From NCBI GenBank assembly GCA_964016885.1, contig OZ024742.1, forward strand, positions 215,326,001 through 215,390,000: a DNA stretch of 64,000 nucleotides. Reading direction: 5' to 3'. Position 1 is the stretch's first letter. Each line of letters starts with the position of its first letter. The DNA is from Eledone cirrhosa (taxonomy: Eukaryota). Shown piece by piece: positions 45,060 to 57,752 of this stretch. The position numbers and the translations under genes are program-made. Below the pieces are notes generated by a model that had not been told where the DNA came from, ran no database searches, and was given only the letters and a program-made list of their open reading frames with translations.

Positions 45060-45323
45060 TAGTTATATAATAAACAACATAAGGCAATTATTTCATTTGC
45101 CAGTGGTTTCTTAAAAGCAAAACAAATTTGCTTTCAATCATCAGAATGAAAAAATCCTGGCGTATTTATTGACTTTGAATTTTAAAAATTTTAGATTTTA
45201 AAATCCAAAGTCAATAAATACGCCAGGATTTTTTCATTCTGATGATTGAAAGCAAATTTTTTTTGCTTTTAAGAAACCACTGGTAAATGAAATAATTGCC
45301 TTATGTTGTTTATTACATAACTA
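45060..45323. mobile_element. Near-perfect 264-bp palindrome of two outward-facing hammerhead-bearing ends
   Basis: Arms inverted about 45190; near or adjacent to TA tracts. Confidence 0.9.
45233..45291 (+). ncRNA. Type I hammerhead ribozyme, canonical
   Basis: ttcatt-CTGATGA-ttgaaagcaa...ttgcttttaa-GAAA-CC-act-GG-TA-aatgaa; predicted cleavage after 45285; the mirror 45092-45150(-) has a GCA triplet. Confidence 0.92.
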
Positions 45324-45328
45324 AATAA

Positions 45329-45360
<32 letters not shown>

Positions 45361-45459
45361 GGGTGTCTGTGTGAGTGTACAAACAAAATTGAATTAAAAA
45401 TGTCATGTCTAAGAATATGAGAAACATGCGCGATATTACCTGAAGAATAAGTTCAAAGA

Positions 45460-45690
45460 TTCTAAGGAATAAATCCGAGCCTTTATTCACATTAAATTAA
45501 AAGTCGATTGATATATATAGATATAATTTATATTTGTATTAATCTCCAGTCTAGCTATTGACCAGTTAATTTTCTTGATTTTGTTAGTTGATTCTATTGA
45601 CTGATGAATACCTTTTGTTGACTTTAAAACCATTCTGTTGAGAACCTAATTCGTTTTGTGATATTTTGCAATTTTGCAATAATATACACA
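45460..45690 (-). pseudogene. Possible PLE GIY-YIG remnant
   Basis: - strand pieces CVYYCKI, KINWSIA, VNKGSDL resemble PLE endonuclease motifs; heavily decayed. Confidence 0.35.
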
Positions 45691-46231
45691 TACTGAATTC
45701 ATCAGCCAAAAATAAGGGTTGCCTCCCTTGCCGAGCCCACGTGGGTATTGGTAACGGTCAATTCTTGGCCTGGCACTTGAACTAAAAGCCTGTTGAGAAA
45801 GTGACTTCCTTGTTCAATCATTCTACAAGAAGCTTAACATTATTTGTCTAAGCGGACAGTACTTGATTTAGGAGTCGCAGAAACCCATCCAGTGGTCCGG
45901 GTAAATTTTTCAATCATATTTTTTTTATTTGTTTGACCCGAATTACTTGGTCGTTTCTATGGCTGTGCGGATAATGGTTTAACCATCGTCTCAGTGTGTT
46001 TGGCCTTTTAACGTATGTTGTAGCTCTGGTTCGTTAGAATCTATTGAGCGCTTGCCACACATCTCGGAAGTTGTTTTTCGCTAATTTCCAAAGCCGAAAT
46101 ACGATTCTCGTTAATTTATATTTATATTTGTAGATATAATGTATATAGAATAGACAGATGAAACATTGACAGGGGATCATTTGTAAAGAGTCTAATCCTA
46201 CATAATTATGGAGGTAACATATAAAAAATTT

Positions 46232-46810
46232 AACGAGAACCTTGAATATAGATTAATCTCCTTACAATAATGATTAATCTCCTTTTTATATATTCCATTA
46301 AAGGAATATATTTCACCATTAATAGTTGAATCACAGATATTACATATTCGATGGTCGGCAAAGGAGAAGATTTAACTAGCTGTGATTACACACTAAGAAC
46401 AAATCAGGAATAAACGACGAAATGCACATGTGGTTTCAAAAAATAGACATCGCTCCATCGTCATGCCAATGGCGTGATAAGTCTTATCGACAGCTAGAAA
46501 TAGCAGCCGAGTCCTTTCAACAGAAAAAGCTCTACTAACAGAATATTAAGGAGCCGAAAATACTAACAAAATTAAATTAAAGATCTCATGTCTGAGAAAC
46601 ATGCCACATATCACCTGTAAAATAATTCTGTAAAATATTCCTGTTTTGTTCTTAGTGTGTAATCACAGAAGGTTAACATTTCTCCTTTGCTGACGATCCA
46701 AGATCTATCTGTAATTCACAGATTAATGATGAAATATATATTTTTTAGCGGAATATATACAAAGGAGATTAATCATTATTGCAATGTATATCTATTCAAG
46801 GTTCTCGATT
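46232..46810. mobile_element. Older fold-back element with two hammerheads
   Basis: Diverged arms 46232-46412 / 46636-46810. Confidence 0.8.
46681..46768 (+). ncRNA. Hammerhead ribozyme with extended stem III
   Basis: tctcctttg-CTGACGA-...-GAAA-tatata...aatata-TA-caaaggaga; the mirror 46278-46367(-) keeps a perfect tatattcc/ggaatata stem III. Confidence 0.7.
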
Positions 46811-47904
46811 ATTTTACTCGTTAATGTTACTAAATAATTAAATTAATTGGATAATTATCCCTGAAATATGAATGGTGAGTAGCATCTCCAAATGACTGTT
46901 TTCTCTAGACAAGGAAAAGGCGAAGAAGCTTTGATGGATGAGGTGATTTTGGATGATATACATTGCATCAATAAATTTCTCACACTGATGTTTGAATGAA
47001 GATTAGCAAGTTGAAATGAAGAGTAGACGAATGAATGAATAAAGGAGTATATGAACGAAACTCAGTGTTTGAATGATTGAAATACTTGGTTAATTGAATG
47101 GGTGGATGATTGAGTGAGTAGTTGAAGAAATACTTTATTGACAGAATGGATATATTAGTGAATGTGGAGTCATAATAAACGAAAGAACGAATGATTGGTG
47201 TGTGAAATAAAGAATGTTTTGATATGTAAAATGTTAAATGTATAGGGAAATGAAAAGAAGATTAAATGTATAGAATGAGGGTGGACAGATGCATGTAAGT
47301 ATGAATGGGTGAATGAAAGGATGGATTGTTAGTCGGAAAAATATATCAATAAATGATATTTTCTCTTTTTCCGACTTTAAATAATATATAGTCATTGTAA
47401 TGACGATATTACAGAACAAATGTGTTCCTTTCCCTAGGGCTTTCTAAGCATATGGATGGCATCACACGCCGTATAATTATATGTGTGAAAAAGAATATAT
47501 AAAACCAAATAATTACTGGACATAACCACTGCTTATATATGCTTTATTGTTGGTTTTGGTTTGCTTTTTTTCTTGTTTATATTTGTTAAATTCGACATCA
47601 GCACTGACTAATTGGTACTAAGATGAAATGGATTCCAGTCATTGTCATCTGTTATTTTCGATATTGAAGACAATAAACGAAATCAGTGAGTTTGTGAAGC
47701 ATTAGAGATGTGATGAAATGTTTTGCGATATGTAATCTGGCCCACAGGAAAAAGAAACGTTGTCCTGTTAGTGCAAGAGGTACACTAAAACATTATATAT
47801 AATAGTAGACTCACTACATGTAACAGATAGATAGATGTAAATCTACACAAACCTACAAAAAGAGAATATATAGCATATAATGATGCTGTATATCACAAGC
47901 TAAT

Positions 47905-47987
<83 letters not shown>

Positions 47988-48194
47988 TAGATAGATAGAT
48001 ATCAACAAAGAAGGTGTGTAAGATACCAGGTGGACCATGACACACAAGAGTATTCGATACTTAAGGTGGTAGAGTGGGTAATAGCCTGCTGGCACAGTAC
48101 GGACTTAGCTGTCGAAATGGCCGATGCCGCGTCGACGGGGTCCTGACATTTTTCCCCTATATATGTATATACACACACACATATATATATATAT

Positions 48195-49276
48195 AATATA
48201 AGATCAAAAGATGGTTAAAGGAGTTCCATGTATTTTATTATGCGCATTTCAAAAACAAACATCATCATGCAATAATATTTGTGTTTTCATGAGATAAAAC
48301 AGGAGAACATGATATGAAGGCTAAAAAACACTTGTGGATAGTGCAGTTTTAAATCTACATATGAAAAGTGGTTTTAGATTGATGTGTGATATTGGGAAAA
48401 ATATTTTATTTAGAGAGGAGGGGAAAGGATGAAAAAGGGGGAGGAGATGAGAGGGAGAGATGGGTGATAGAGAGAAAGAGATAGCTTTTATAACTGAGAG
48501 GAGATATACTGTCCCACACAGAGAGGTTGAAAACCGTTGGAAGATAATGTATAAACCCCAAAAAAATTTTTGAAAATCAACGAAAGGAGGATATGTGCGA
48601 GGAAAAAGTATTTTATTTAAGGAGGGGGGCTGGAAAGGATGAAAAAAAGGGGGAGGAGATGAGAGTGAAGGTGGAGAGGGAGAGATGGGCGATAGAGAGA
48701 AAGAGATAGTTTTTATAACTGAGAGAAAGATACATTGTCTTACACAGAGAGGTTGAGAAACCGTTGGAAGATAATGTATAAATTAAAGGAATTTGAAAAT
48801 TAACGAAGGGAATTTATGTATGAAGATAGAGAGAAGAAATAATAATTGTGGATGAATATTCTAACGTCAAAAAAAGGGTATGTTGTGGCAATTTCAAAAT
48901 TAACGAAGAGAAAAATTATTAAGGTTTGTGTGTAGAAGGATTTGAGAAAAATAATGTGAAGTTAAAGTTTGTATATTGGAGGAATTGATAATATATGCGA
49001 ATAGAGTTAATATGTATTAAGAATGAGTTCGTTGATGGGGAGAAAAAATAAATTAAGGATGAAATTGAGATTAAAAAGATTTATGAGAGAGAGAAAAAAA
49101 TAATGATTGCGGATAAATATTCTAACGTCATAATAATGCGCATAATAAAATACATGGAACTCCTTTAACCATCTTTTGATCTTATATTATGCATACTCCA
49201 GTCCTACAAACTGTAGAGTGCTTCTTATCCGATATCTGCATTGCTTTATTGTACTACAATAAAACTCACCTCCTAC

Positions 49277-49278
<2 letters not shown>
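48195..49278. mobile_element. PLE pLTR fold-back (family of 34733-36077), no coding part
   Basis: 48195-48395 matches 34733-34928; internal purine-rich duplications; inverted end plus same tail at 49136-49278. Confidence 0.85.
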
Positions 49279-49309
<31 letters not shown>

Positions 49310-49316
<7 letters not shown>

Positions 49317-49524
49317 TAACAGATTAAAGTTTAAGCAATGATCGCTGCTTTCAGCTTTAACGGGATCTTCTGAAGATCCCGTTAAGGGTGAAAGCAGCCA
49401 TTCTTTGCTTAAACTTTAATCTGTTATTTTAATAAATATTTGACCTACGGTTCTTATATATTTGATATATATAGTAATCCTTATCGAGCCCTCTTTGGAT
49501 TTTAGTCTTCAAATTTATTATTAT

Positions 49525-49530
<6 letters not shown>
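49310..49530. mobile_element. Short palindrome of PLE ends (family of 58049-60121)
   Basis: Arms 49310-49370 / 49372-49432 around gatcttc-t-gaagatc, then tail to 49530. Confidence 0.85.
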
Positions 49531-49588
<58 letters not shown>

Positions 49589-49597
49589 ATATATATG

Positions 49598-49672
<75 letters not shown>

Positions 49673-49734
49673 TAGTATATATATGTATGTGTATATATAT
49701 ATGTATGTATATACACATATATATATGATATAAC

Positions 49735-50005
49735 ACCTGCAACCCTGATGGTATCCAATGATGTTGACTTGTTCTTCTTTTTGGTAAATATCATCTTGGT
49801 TAAGAGAGTGGGACTGGCTTTGTACAGTGCCTTTGCTCACTATCAAAGCTTCACGGCACAGGCATTGCTTTATATCTGGAGATCTCTCTGCACTTGTCGT
49901 CACATGGTACCATGGGCCCAGCACTATGTGTCAATAATTGTCACAAGTGTAGTGTTTGTACCATAGTTTTCAAGTCACTGGCTGGACTAAAAAGTCACAC
50001 TCGTT
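49735..50005 (+). mobile_element. RTE LINE 3'-terminal fragment
   Basis: [21 protein letters not shown] parallels the C-terminus of the RTE at about 16270-16320. Confidence 0.6.
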
Positions 50006-50078
50006 CAGCGCATCGGTAGGGGTTCTCCTACACGGATATAAAGTAGTGGCCGTACTCGAAAACGAGTTGGCAGCCACC

Positions 50079-50111
<33 letters not shown>

Positions 50112-50131
50112 GGTGTGTGTATATATACATG

Positions 50132-50217
<86 letters not shown>

Positions 50218-50589
50218 TATACATACATATATATACTACGAGATTTTGTGTTGAGGGAGATAGAGAGATTACGACTTTCTAAACCTGACGCGTATGATTG
50301 TGCACATACATACATCTATATGTATGAGTATATAACTATAATCGCACAAACACAAACTTATAAAAATACACTCTCACGGACATAATTCTCACAATTACAC
50401 ATATTTTCACACAAATATACATACATTCACACATACATTCACACATAATTTCACACAAATATACAGGCATTCACACATACGTTCACACAAATATACATAC
50501 ATTCACACATATACATTTACACAAACATGCATTCACACATACTTTCACAAAAATATACATACATATCTGGTATCTTAACAAAAAAAAGA

Positions 50590-51250
50590 AAGAAGGGGAA
50601 GGAAAAGTTAAGGAAGAGGAAGAAAGAAAATAATAAGAAAAGAAAAATATAATAATAAGGAAAGGATGACGGAGGAGGAGTATAAGAAGGAAGGATGAGA
50701 GAGGAGGAGAAATGAGTGAGAGGGAGAGAGAGATAACCTTTAATACTGAGAAACACTGTCTCACAGAGAGAAATAAAAAACCGTTGTAAGATAATATATA
50801 AATTTTAAAAAAATTTTGAAATTAAAAGTTAATGACGTTTATGAATGGTGATGTTTATGATTAAAGAAAAAGGAATTAAGAATAGTATTTATTTAAGTTT
50901 TATATATTGAATGGTTTATTATGTGCGAAAAGGAATTAATTAATAAGTATTATTAAAATTAAAAAAATATTAAGGAGATAAGGTGAATGAAGAAAAGGTT
51001 AAATGAATTATGAACTTAGAGGAATTATTTAGGGTCCAAGTTTGTTTCCCAATCTAATATATCCATCTTATTTTATTTTTCATATCTTGATTTAACACCT
51101 CACTGCTCGCAAGTGTTTTTTAAGCTTCATATCATGTCTCCCTATTTTATCTATTGAGAACGCAAATATCATCCCACGATGATATTAGTTTTTTAAATAC
51201 GCATAATAAAATACATGGAACTCTTTTAACCATATTTTGATCTTATATTA
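50590..51250. mobile_element. Diverged PLE pLTR copy (family of 34733-36077)
   Basis: aaaccgttgtaagataat matches 48530-48550; 51110-51250 matches 35850-35985. Confidence 0.7.
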
Positions 51251-51254
51251 TATA

Positions 51255-51303
<49 letters not shown>

Positions 51304-51739
51304 ATATATGTATATTTATGTATGTGTGTGTATATATATATATATATATACATATGTGTGTGTGTATATATGTGTGTGTGTATGTGTATATCTATATATA
51401 TATTTACACAAACATACATACATTCACACATATACATTTACACAAACACACACATACATTCATGATAGCGTTCGGTTTAATTGGAGATGGGAGGGTAAAA
51501 CAAGTATAACGTTTTATTTATTTATTAACTCTTTTTTTTTTAACTCATTTAATATAATGGTTACAGAACGAAGACACTAACAAATATAATATATACAAAG
51601 GAAAGGGAAGGGAAAAAAAGAAAGAGAAAATTCACAAGAAGGTAATACACACATCTTAGACCCCATAGAACAAAATGAAGATGAAAGGGTGGAAAAACGA
51701 GCCGCTACCAGAACAAAAGATAGCAATATGGCGAGGAGC

Positions 51740-52145
51740 ACTAGGAAACCTCTCTAATAATTTTTGAGGCAGGCCAACACGCTCGCAGGCTTATCTGGGG
51801 TGATGGCGAGGCTGAGGTGCTGGAACAACCAAGTGCCCTCACGAGCATCATCAGCTACCTTTGTTTGGCGAGCCGCCAGTGAAGATAAGAACCTCGCTGT
51901 CAGTAGCCCGACTCCCACAAACGTCTCTAACGCCACAGGCTGGATAATGTAGTTAGCTGACAGAACACGGTATTTTAGGATTTTGTTCCGTTCAGCTGCG
52001 GATGCTGTAGCTCTGGCCCTTACCGCTGCATCCAGGATGTGGCAATAGAGTGACGTCCCAGGTAAGGCTCTGCCTGCCTCTTGACCAGCAGCACAGAGTA
52101 AGACCGTCAATATTCTCATCAATTCAGGACAACCCAGACGGTTCC
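51740..52145 (-). mobile_element. CRE-type retrotransposon RLE endonuclease 3' fragment
   Basis: ASAAERNKILKYRVL..IQPVALETFVGVG...WLFQHLSLAI. Confidence 0.8.
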
Positions 52146-52389
52146 ACAATTGAGGGGATGTTTGCCCGGGCCAAAGCTCCTGAGTGGTAATAGGACAGTT
52201 TGTGTATGTGTGCACGTGCGTGAGTTTGTCGGCGTTCTTAAATTAGAGAAACGTGTGTGTCACTGTTTTTAAGTTAGAGACATATTTGTCTATCCCTTTC
52301 CTTCCTTTTACACACACATACATTCACACAAACACACATACACATTGCGTGATGGACTGGAGGACAGAAGTTTCTCACATTTATATACA

Positions 52390-53027
52390 TGTGCATGGAG
52401 TTCTACTGAAGCAGTTAGAGAAGTTCAAGTATCTTGGAGCCGTGTTCATGAGTGATGGAATGCAGGAAGCTGAATTAAGTACAAGAATTACAAAAGCTGA
52501 TCAGTAAAGCGCCAACCTCAGCAATCAGATGAAGGGGGTAGGTGTAAAAGTCAAACTCGCTCTCTTCCTGGTATTCCTGCCAACTCTTACCGAGGATCAT
52601 GAATCTTGAGTAATGACCAAAAGAATACAATCGCAAATTAAGTGGCAGAAATGGGATTCCTCCGAAGGGTCATTGTAGTAACTTTACTCAATAAAGTGCA
52701 TAACTCATATACCAGACAGTCACTCCTGGTAGAGCCGCTACTTCTCCGAATTGAGAGATCACAATTCCGATATTATGATGAGCATGTGGTTAGAATGTCT
52801 CAGTAAATAATCGCTGGACACATTTTACAGGCAAAACCAACCGGCAAGAGACCCGGGGGTAGACCCGGAGCAAGATAGTTGGATAACATCCATGAGCTTG
52901 GCTGGTAACGCTTTTGAATCCAGCTGGATCAGTTAGAGATGTTTGCTAGTGACAGATTCGCTGGAAGGAGTGTTTGAGAAGGTCTCTGCCCCCACGACCC
53001 TCTCAGAAATAAGTGGGTGAAGAAGAT
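52390..53027 (+). mobile_element. RTE-clade LINE 3' fragment
   Basis: LKQLEKFKYLGAVFMSDG, EMGFLRRV, VEPLLLRIERSQ, KPTGKRPGGRP; ends gaagaaga. Confidence 0.85.
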
Positions 53028-53156
53028 ATTGTCAATTTACTTTTCAATTTACATATATTTATATGCATATATATTTGCGTATAATACCAATATGCACACG
53101 ACATATGCTAGCAGAAAATCGGCCGAAGGGCGGTTTTTCTGCTTGTATATATAATT

Positions 53157-53900
53157 AGACATAGTCACAGATACATATATGAGTTTGGCTACCTTTCACG
53201 GTGTGGCTCAATGAAGAATTGATTAAGCAAATAATCATTAATCAGAGCTATATATAAAATTGCAAGTCTGAAGAACTATTAGATAAAATATATACAGTAT
53301 TTCCTCTCCCTAGTCCGTATAAATCAACCACATAAAAAACATTTAAACGAGGCTATAAGTTTAAAATGTAACTATGAAGAAATAATAGATAAATGATACA
53401 GACTATCTTCCGCGATTTTTCAGCCATATAAAATTTACCTAGTTATTTCTTTTAGCCTGTAGAATTTGAGCACACAAATAATCAACTACACGGAGTTGGG
53501 TACAAAATAGAAGTTTGTACATAAACTGTACCAAAATTCCTCTAGTCCCGTCTACCGGTAGTTTCGTTCCATTTTTTGGATACACCCGAACTTGGATCTA
53601 TACACGAGGCTTGGATCTAATCAGGTGACGCCCCATTCTGGACTAAGTTTTCTACCATGATCTCCGCCAGAAATGAATTCAAAATGGCTAAGAACTATCA
53701 CGTGGCCAACGGACAAGGCAGAAGATTTGTGATTGGTGCATTTCAACGAGTAGGCTGGTTGCTAGAAAGCGCAGCCGAATACTACCTAAACTTGCAATTT
53801 TATATATAGCTCTGATTAATGATTATTTGCTTAATTAATTCTCCATTGAGCCACACCATGGAAGGTAGTCAAAACCATATATGTATCTATGACTATGTCT
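53157..53900. mobile_element. Fold-back element with probable GIY-YIG remnant
   Basis: Arms 53157-53267 / 53790-53900; - strand pieces FIWLKNR and FKCFLCG at about 53320-53445. Confidence 0.6.
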
Positions 53901-53966
53901 TATTATATATATGTATATAATTTAATATATACTCCCGTAAGGTTGAGTAGGTCACGCCATATATAT

Positions 53967-54058
<92 letters not shown>

Positions 54059-54068
54059 ATATATACAC

Positions 54069-54130
<62 letters not shown>

Positions 54131-54131
54131 T

Positions 54132-54178
<47 letters not shown>

Positions 54179-54208
54179 TTATATATATATATATATATAT
54201 ATACATAA

Positions 54209-54240
<32 letters not shown>

Positions 54241-54371
54241 GTGAGGTTTTTTTTACAAAATGAAAAATAACCGAGGTGTCCTACACGAGTGAAAGTATAA
54301 AGAAAAAGAGATGAAATCGAAAATGCAACTGGAGTCTTATTTTTTTTTTAAATATATATATTTATTTGGTT

Positions 54372-54409
54372 CCTTTACCGGTTTCGCAGTTCTTCTGCTT
54401 TTCAAAAGG
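54372..54409 (-). ncRNA. Minimal hammerhead, U3-A8 core variant
   Basis: Reverse complement cctt-TTGAAAA-gcag-aagaa-ctgc-GAAA-CCGG-TA-aagg; a truncated copy lies at about 57985-58012. Confidence 0.8.
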
Positions 54410-54675
54410 TGAGTTGAGATGGAGAGTCTGTGGTTTTTCTCACATCTGTGAGAAAAACCACAGTTTAAAATACAAAATTTCAGCGATATAATTCATTGGA
54501 AGCAGAGTCAAAATAATACAAATAGTGAACACAATGAAATTAAACAAAATGCGGGGAATTTATAGTAAAACTCATTATTTTACGATCGTTTCTGGGGGGT
54601 AGTTGTCAGTATGTTCATTCTATTAGTGATCTATGTAAAATATATTACAAATTATCAAAGTAAGAAAATATACAT

Positions 54676-54858
54676 AATTGTTTCTACTTTAGGCACAAGG
54701 CCAGCAAATACCCAGTGCATTACTGGTACTTTATTTTATCGACCCCGTAAGGATGAAAGGCAAAGTCAACCTCGGCGGGATTTGAACTCAGATCGTAAAG
54801 GGACGTAACTATGCTGGAAAGCATGGCGTCCGACCCTCTACTGATACTGCCAATCCAA
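54676..54858 (-). mobile_element. tRNA-derived SINE, well preserved
   Basis: Family sequence match including B box. Confidence 0.88.
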
Positions 54859-54924
54859 TGCTTCTTTACCCGCCGTATTGTAGAACTACCCACCAGAAAC
54901 GTATGTATGTATATATATATACAT

Positions 54925-54978
<54 letters not shown>

Positions 54979-56076
54979 TTATATACAAACACACACACGC
55001 ACATATATATGTGTATATATATATATACGTGGAGAACTATATAAAGAAGAACAAACCCTTAAAACATGTTTATTTAAAATACCACCTACGTACGTTTCAT
55101 CCGACTGGTCTTCTCAAGGGCATAACAAATTAAAAAGCGTTCCTTACATGACCCCTAATGGGTTTCATAGATAAGTTCACATCACAGTCCATTCTTCGTA
55201 AAAAACATTTATTGATTTTGCAGTATGTCAAGGGAGATAACTCTAGCCGGTGTGAGAGCAATGTTCCCCAGGCTACTTGTATCCGTTATTACTGCTTTAC
55301 TATTGGTGATTCACGCAGGGTTAGGAATGCAATGTTAGTTTCCAGATGTTTGTTTGCTACGCCTGCCCTCCCGGGTCGAGTCATGCCGGGTCTAGGATGC
55401 ATGGTTAATTTGCGGATGTTTTTTGCCTCCGGGGTGTTTAGGTTTGGTGCAGGGTTTCCCGGTTTACGGTTCTCACGCCTTATTCTTATTCCATCTGGAG
55501 TAATAGATTTTTAAGCGGTGCGTACAGTTTATCGTCGTTTCTGCTCTACTGTTGATGAGCTCGTGGGGTGCCGTTATGATATGGTAAATATCCATGAGGC
55601 AAAGCTCGCATTTCCTCTTGAAATTGTACGGTGCTGCCCTGTCGACAATTTCCCAGTGTGTGGAGATTCTGATGTTTGATTCTTTTAATGCTGTAATGTA
55701 ATTCGCGAGCGAAGTGGAGTGTCTTAGTTTCTTGATTGCGAAAGAGTGGAGATGTGTTCGAAATCTATTTTTGAACGGGCCAGTGGTAGCCTCTATATTC
55801 GGCCTTAACGACTCCCTAGCAGCACCCAATTGTGCTGGCAACAGCCACTACAGACGCAACCAACATAACCGCGACACGACTGGGGAATATGCAGGTGACC
55901 CGTACGGATCACTCAACGACAACAGAAAGCGTTGCGGCATCCGGAATGATAATGGTACTACTCTGCAAACAGAGGCTTATAATGGTACCAATGACAGGTG
56001 TAGGGGCGTAGGTAACAACATAGATAGCAATAATAATAGCCTTACCTTGGGAACTAGAAGGGACTGCGACCAAAAT

Positions 56077-56505
56077 TGCAACTGCCGTAACAAGGGACGC
56101 TGCCCCCTTAGGGGAAACTGCGTGACTAATAGGGTTATTTATAGGCGCACCGTAACTAGCCATACTAGCGTTAAAAATTATATAGGGGATACCTCTGGCC
56201 CGTTCAAAAATAGATTTCAAACACATCTCCACTCTTTCGCAAACAAGAAACTAAGACACTCCACTTCGCTCGCGAATTACATCACAGCACTAAAAGACTC
56301 AAACATCAGCTTCTCCACACACTGAGAAATAGTCGGCAGGGCAGAACAGTGCAATTTCAAGAGGAAATGCGAGCTTTGCCTCATGGAGCTTTACCATATC
56401 ATAACGGCACACCACGAGTTCAACAACAGTAGAGCAGAAACGACCATAACCTGTACGCACCGCTTAAAAATCTATTACTCCAGATGGAATAAGAATAAGG
56501 CGTGA
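56077..56505 (+). pseudogene. Penelope GIY-YIG endonuclease domain (one in-frame stop at 56323-56325)
   Basis: CNCRNKGRCPLRGNC..VIY..YIGDTSGPFKNRFQTHLHSF..STSLANYI..CELCL..CTHR; the inverted copy 55473-55798 keeps the Trp codon. Confidence 0.92.
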
Positions 56506-56866
56506 AAACCGTAAACCAGGTCACCCTACAGCAAACCTAAACACCCCGGAGGACAGGCGCTGCAAAAAACATCCGGAAACTAACCATGCATACTAGACCC
56601 GGCAGGAATCGACCCCGGAGGGCAGGCGTAGCAAACAAACATCTGGAAACTAACTTTGCATCCCTAACCCTGCGTGAATCGACAATGGTAGAGTAGTAAT
56701 AACAGATAAAAGTAGACTGGGGAACATTGCTCTAACACCGGCTAGAGTTATCTCCTTTGACCTACTGTAAAATCAATAAATGTTTTTTACGAAGAATGGA
56801 CTGTGATGTGAACTTATCTATAAAACCCATTAGGGGTCATGTAAGGAACGTTTTTCAATTTGTTAT

Positions 56867-56906
56867 GCCCTTGAGAAGCCCAGTCGGGCGAAACGCACGT
56901 AGGTGC
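56867..56906 (+). ncRNA. Minimal hammerhead, U3-A8 core variant
   Basis: gccc-TTGAGAA-gccc-agtc-gggc-GAAA-CGCACG-TA-ggtgc; the mirror 55082-55121(-) has palindromic ACGTACGT. Confidence 0.72.
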
Positions 56907-57414
56907 TATTCTAAATAAACATGTTTTAACGGGTTGTTCTCTTTTATATATTTCTCCACGTGTATCCGCTCTACTGGTTTTCTCGCCCACTAGATATTAA
57001 CACTTCTAATATTTAACACTGCAAGCACAAGCATTGAGCACCCTTTGCATATGCTATTGGCTACATGTATGGCCTATCTCTTCTTCTCTGTCTCGATACT
57101 TAATCACTGTCTCTCTCTCTATATATATATATTTACATACATATATACATACATACAATATATATACACACACGCATACATAATAATAATACGTACATAC
57201 AAACAGATGCATTTATAAAATCGTAATAGAGAAACGATAAATTAATTAGACGAAAAATATTGAAATGCAAACATAATATTCCATGTACATATATGCATAG
57301 ATAAACTTATATAGAATATAGAAATAAGAAATACGAACAAAATATATGAACACACACATACACGCGTATATATACACACACATTTATACACACGCACTTA
57401 CACACACACACACA

Positions 57415-57478
<64 letters not shown>

Positions 57479-57706
57479 TAGATAGATTTTACTAAACCTA
57501 CATTTGTATACACATATATATATATATATAATATTGTTTATAGTTATATATACACTATATACAACTATAAACAGGGAAGGTCAGGAATGTATTACTACCT
57601 TATTACCAGTAAGAAAAATAGATCAATGTAAATAAATACATGCGATGTTTTACAGAGACGGAATATAAATTACACAATAATCAAAGCTATGTTCAAATAA
57701 TTTTAT

Positions 57707-57752
57707 TGCTGACAATCGTTTCTTCCAAACTATCGTTGTTTCCCTCGGAGCA
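57707..57752 (-). ncRNA. Degenerate hammerhead (paired with 60183-60229)
   Basis: Two-copy consensus tgct-CCGATGA-tccaaaac-gaaa-gtttggaa-GAAA-CGATTG-TC-agca. Confidence 0.55.

Larger units (their letters stand above)
55027..57110 (+). mobile_element. Large PLE fold-back with duplicated GIY-YIG endonuclease
   Basis: Arms about 55027-55798 / 56180-56961; tail to about 57110; TA flanks. Confidence 0.92.

Noticed and set aside
46492-46505. AGCTAGAAATAGCA matches part of the SpCas9 sgRNA scaffold
   Set aside because: No other scaffold sequence; similar motifs at about 6580, 38922 and 53761 indicate a host repeat, so coincidence
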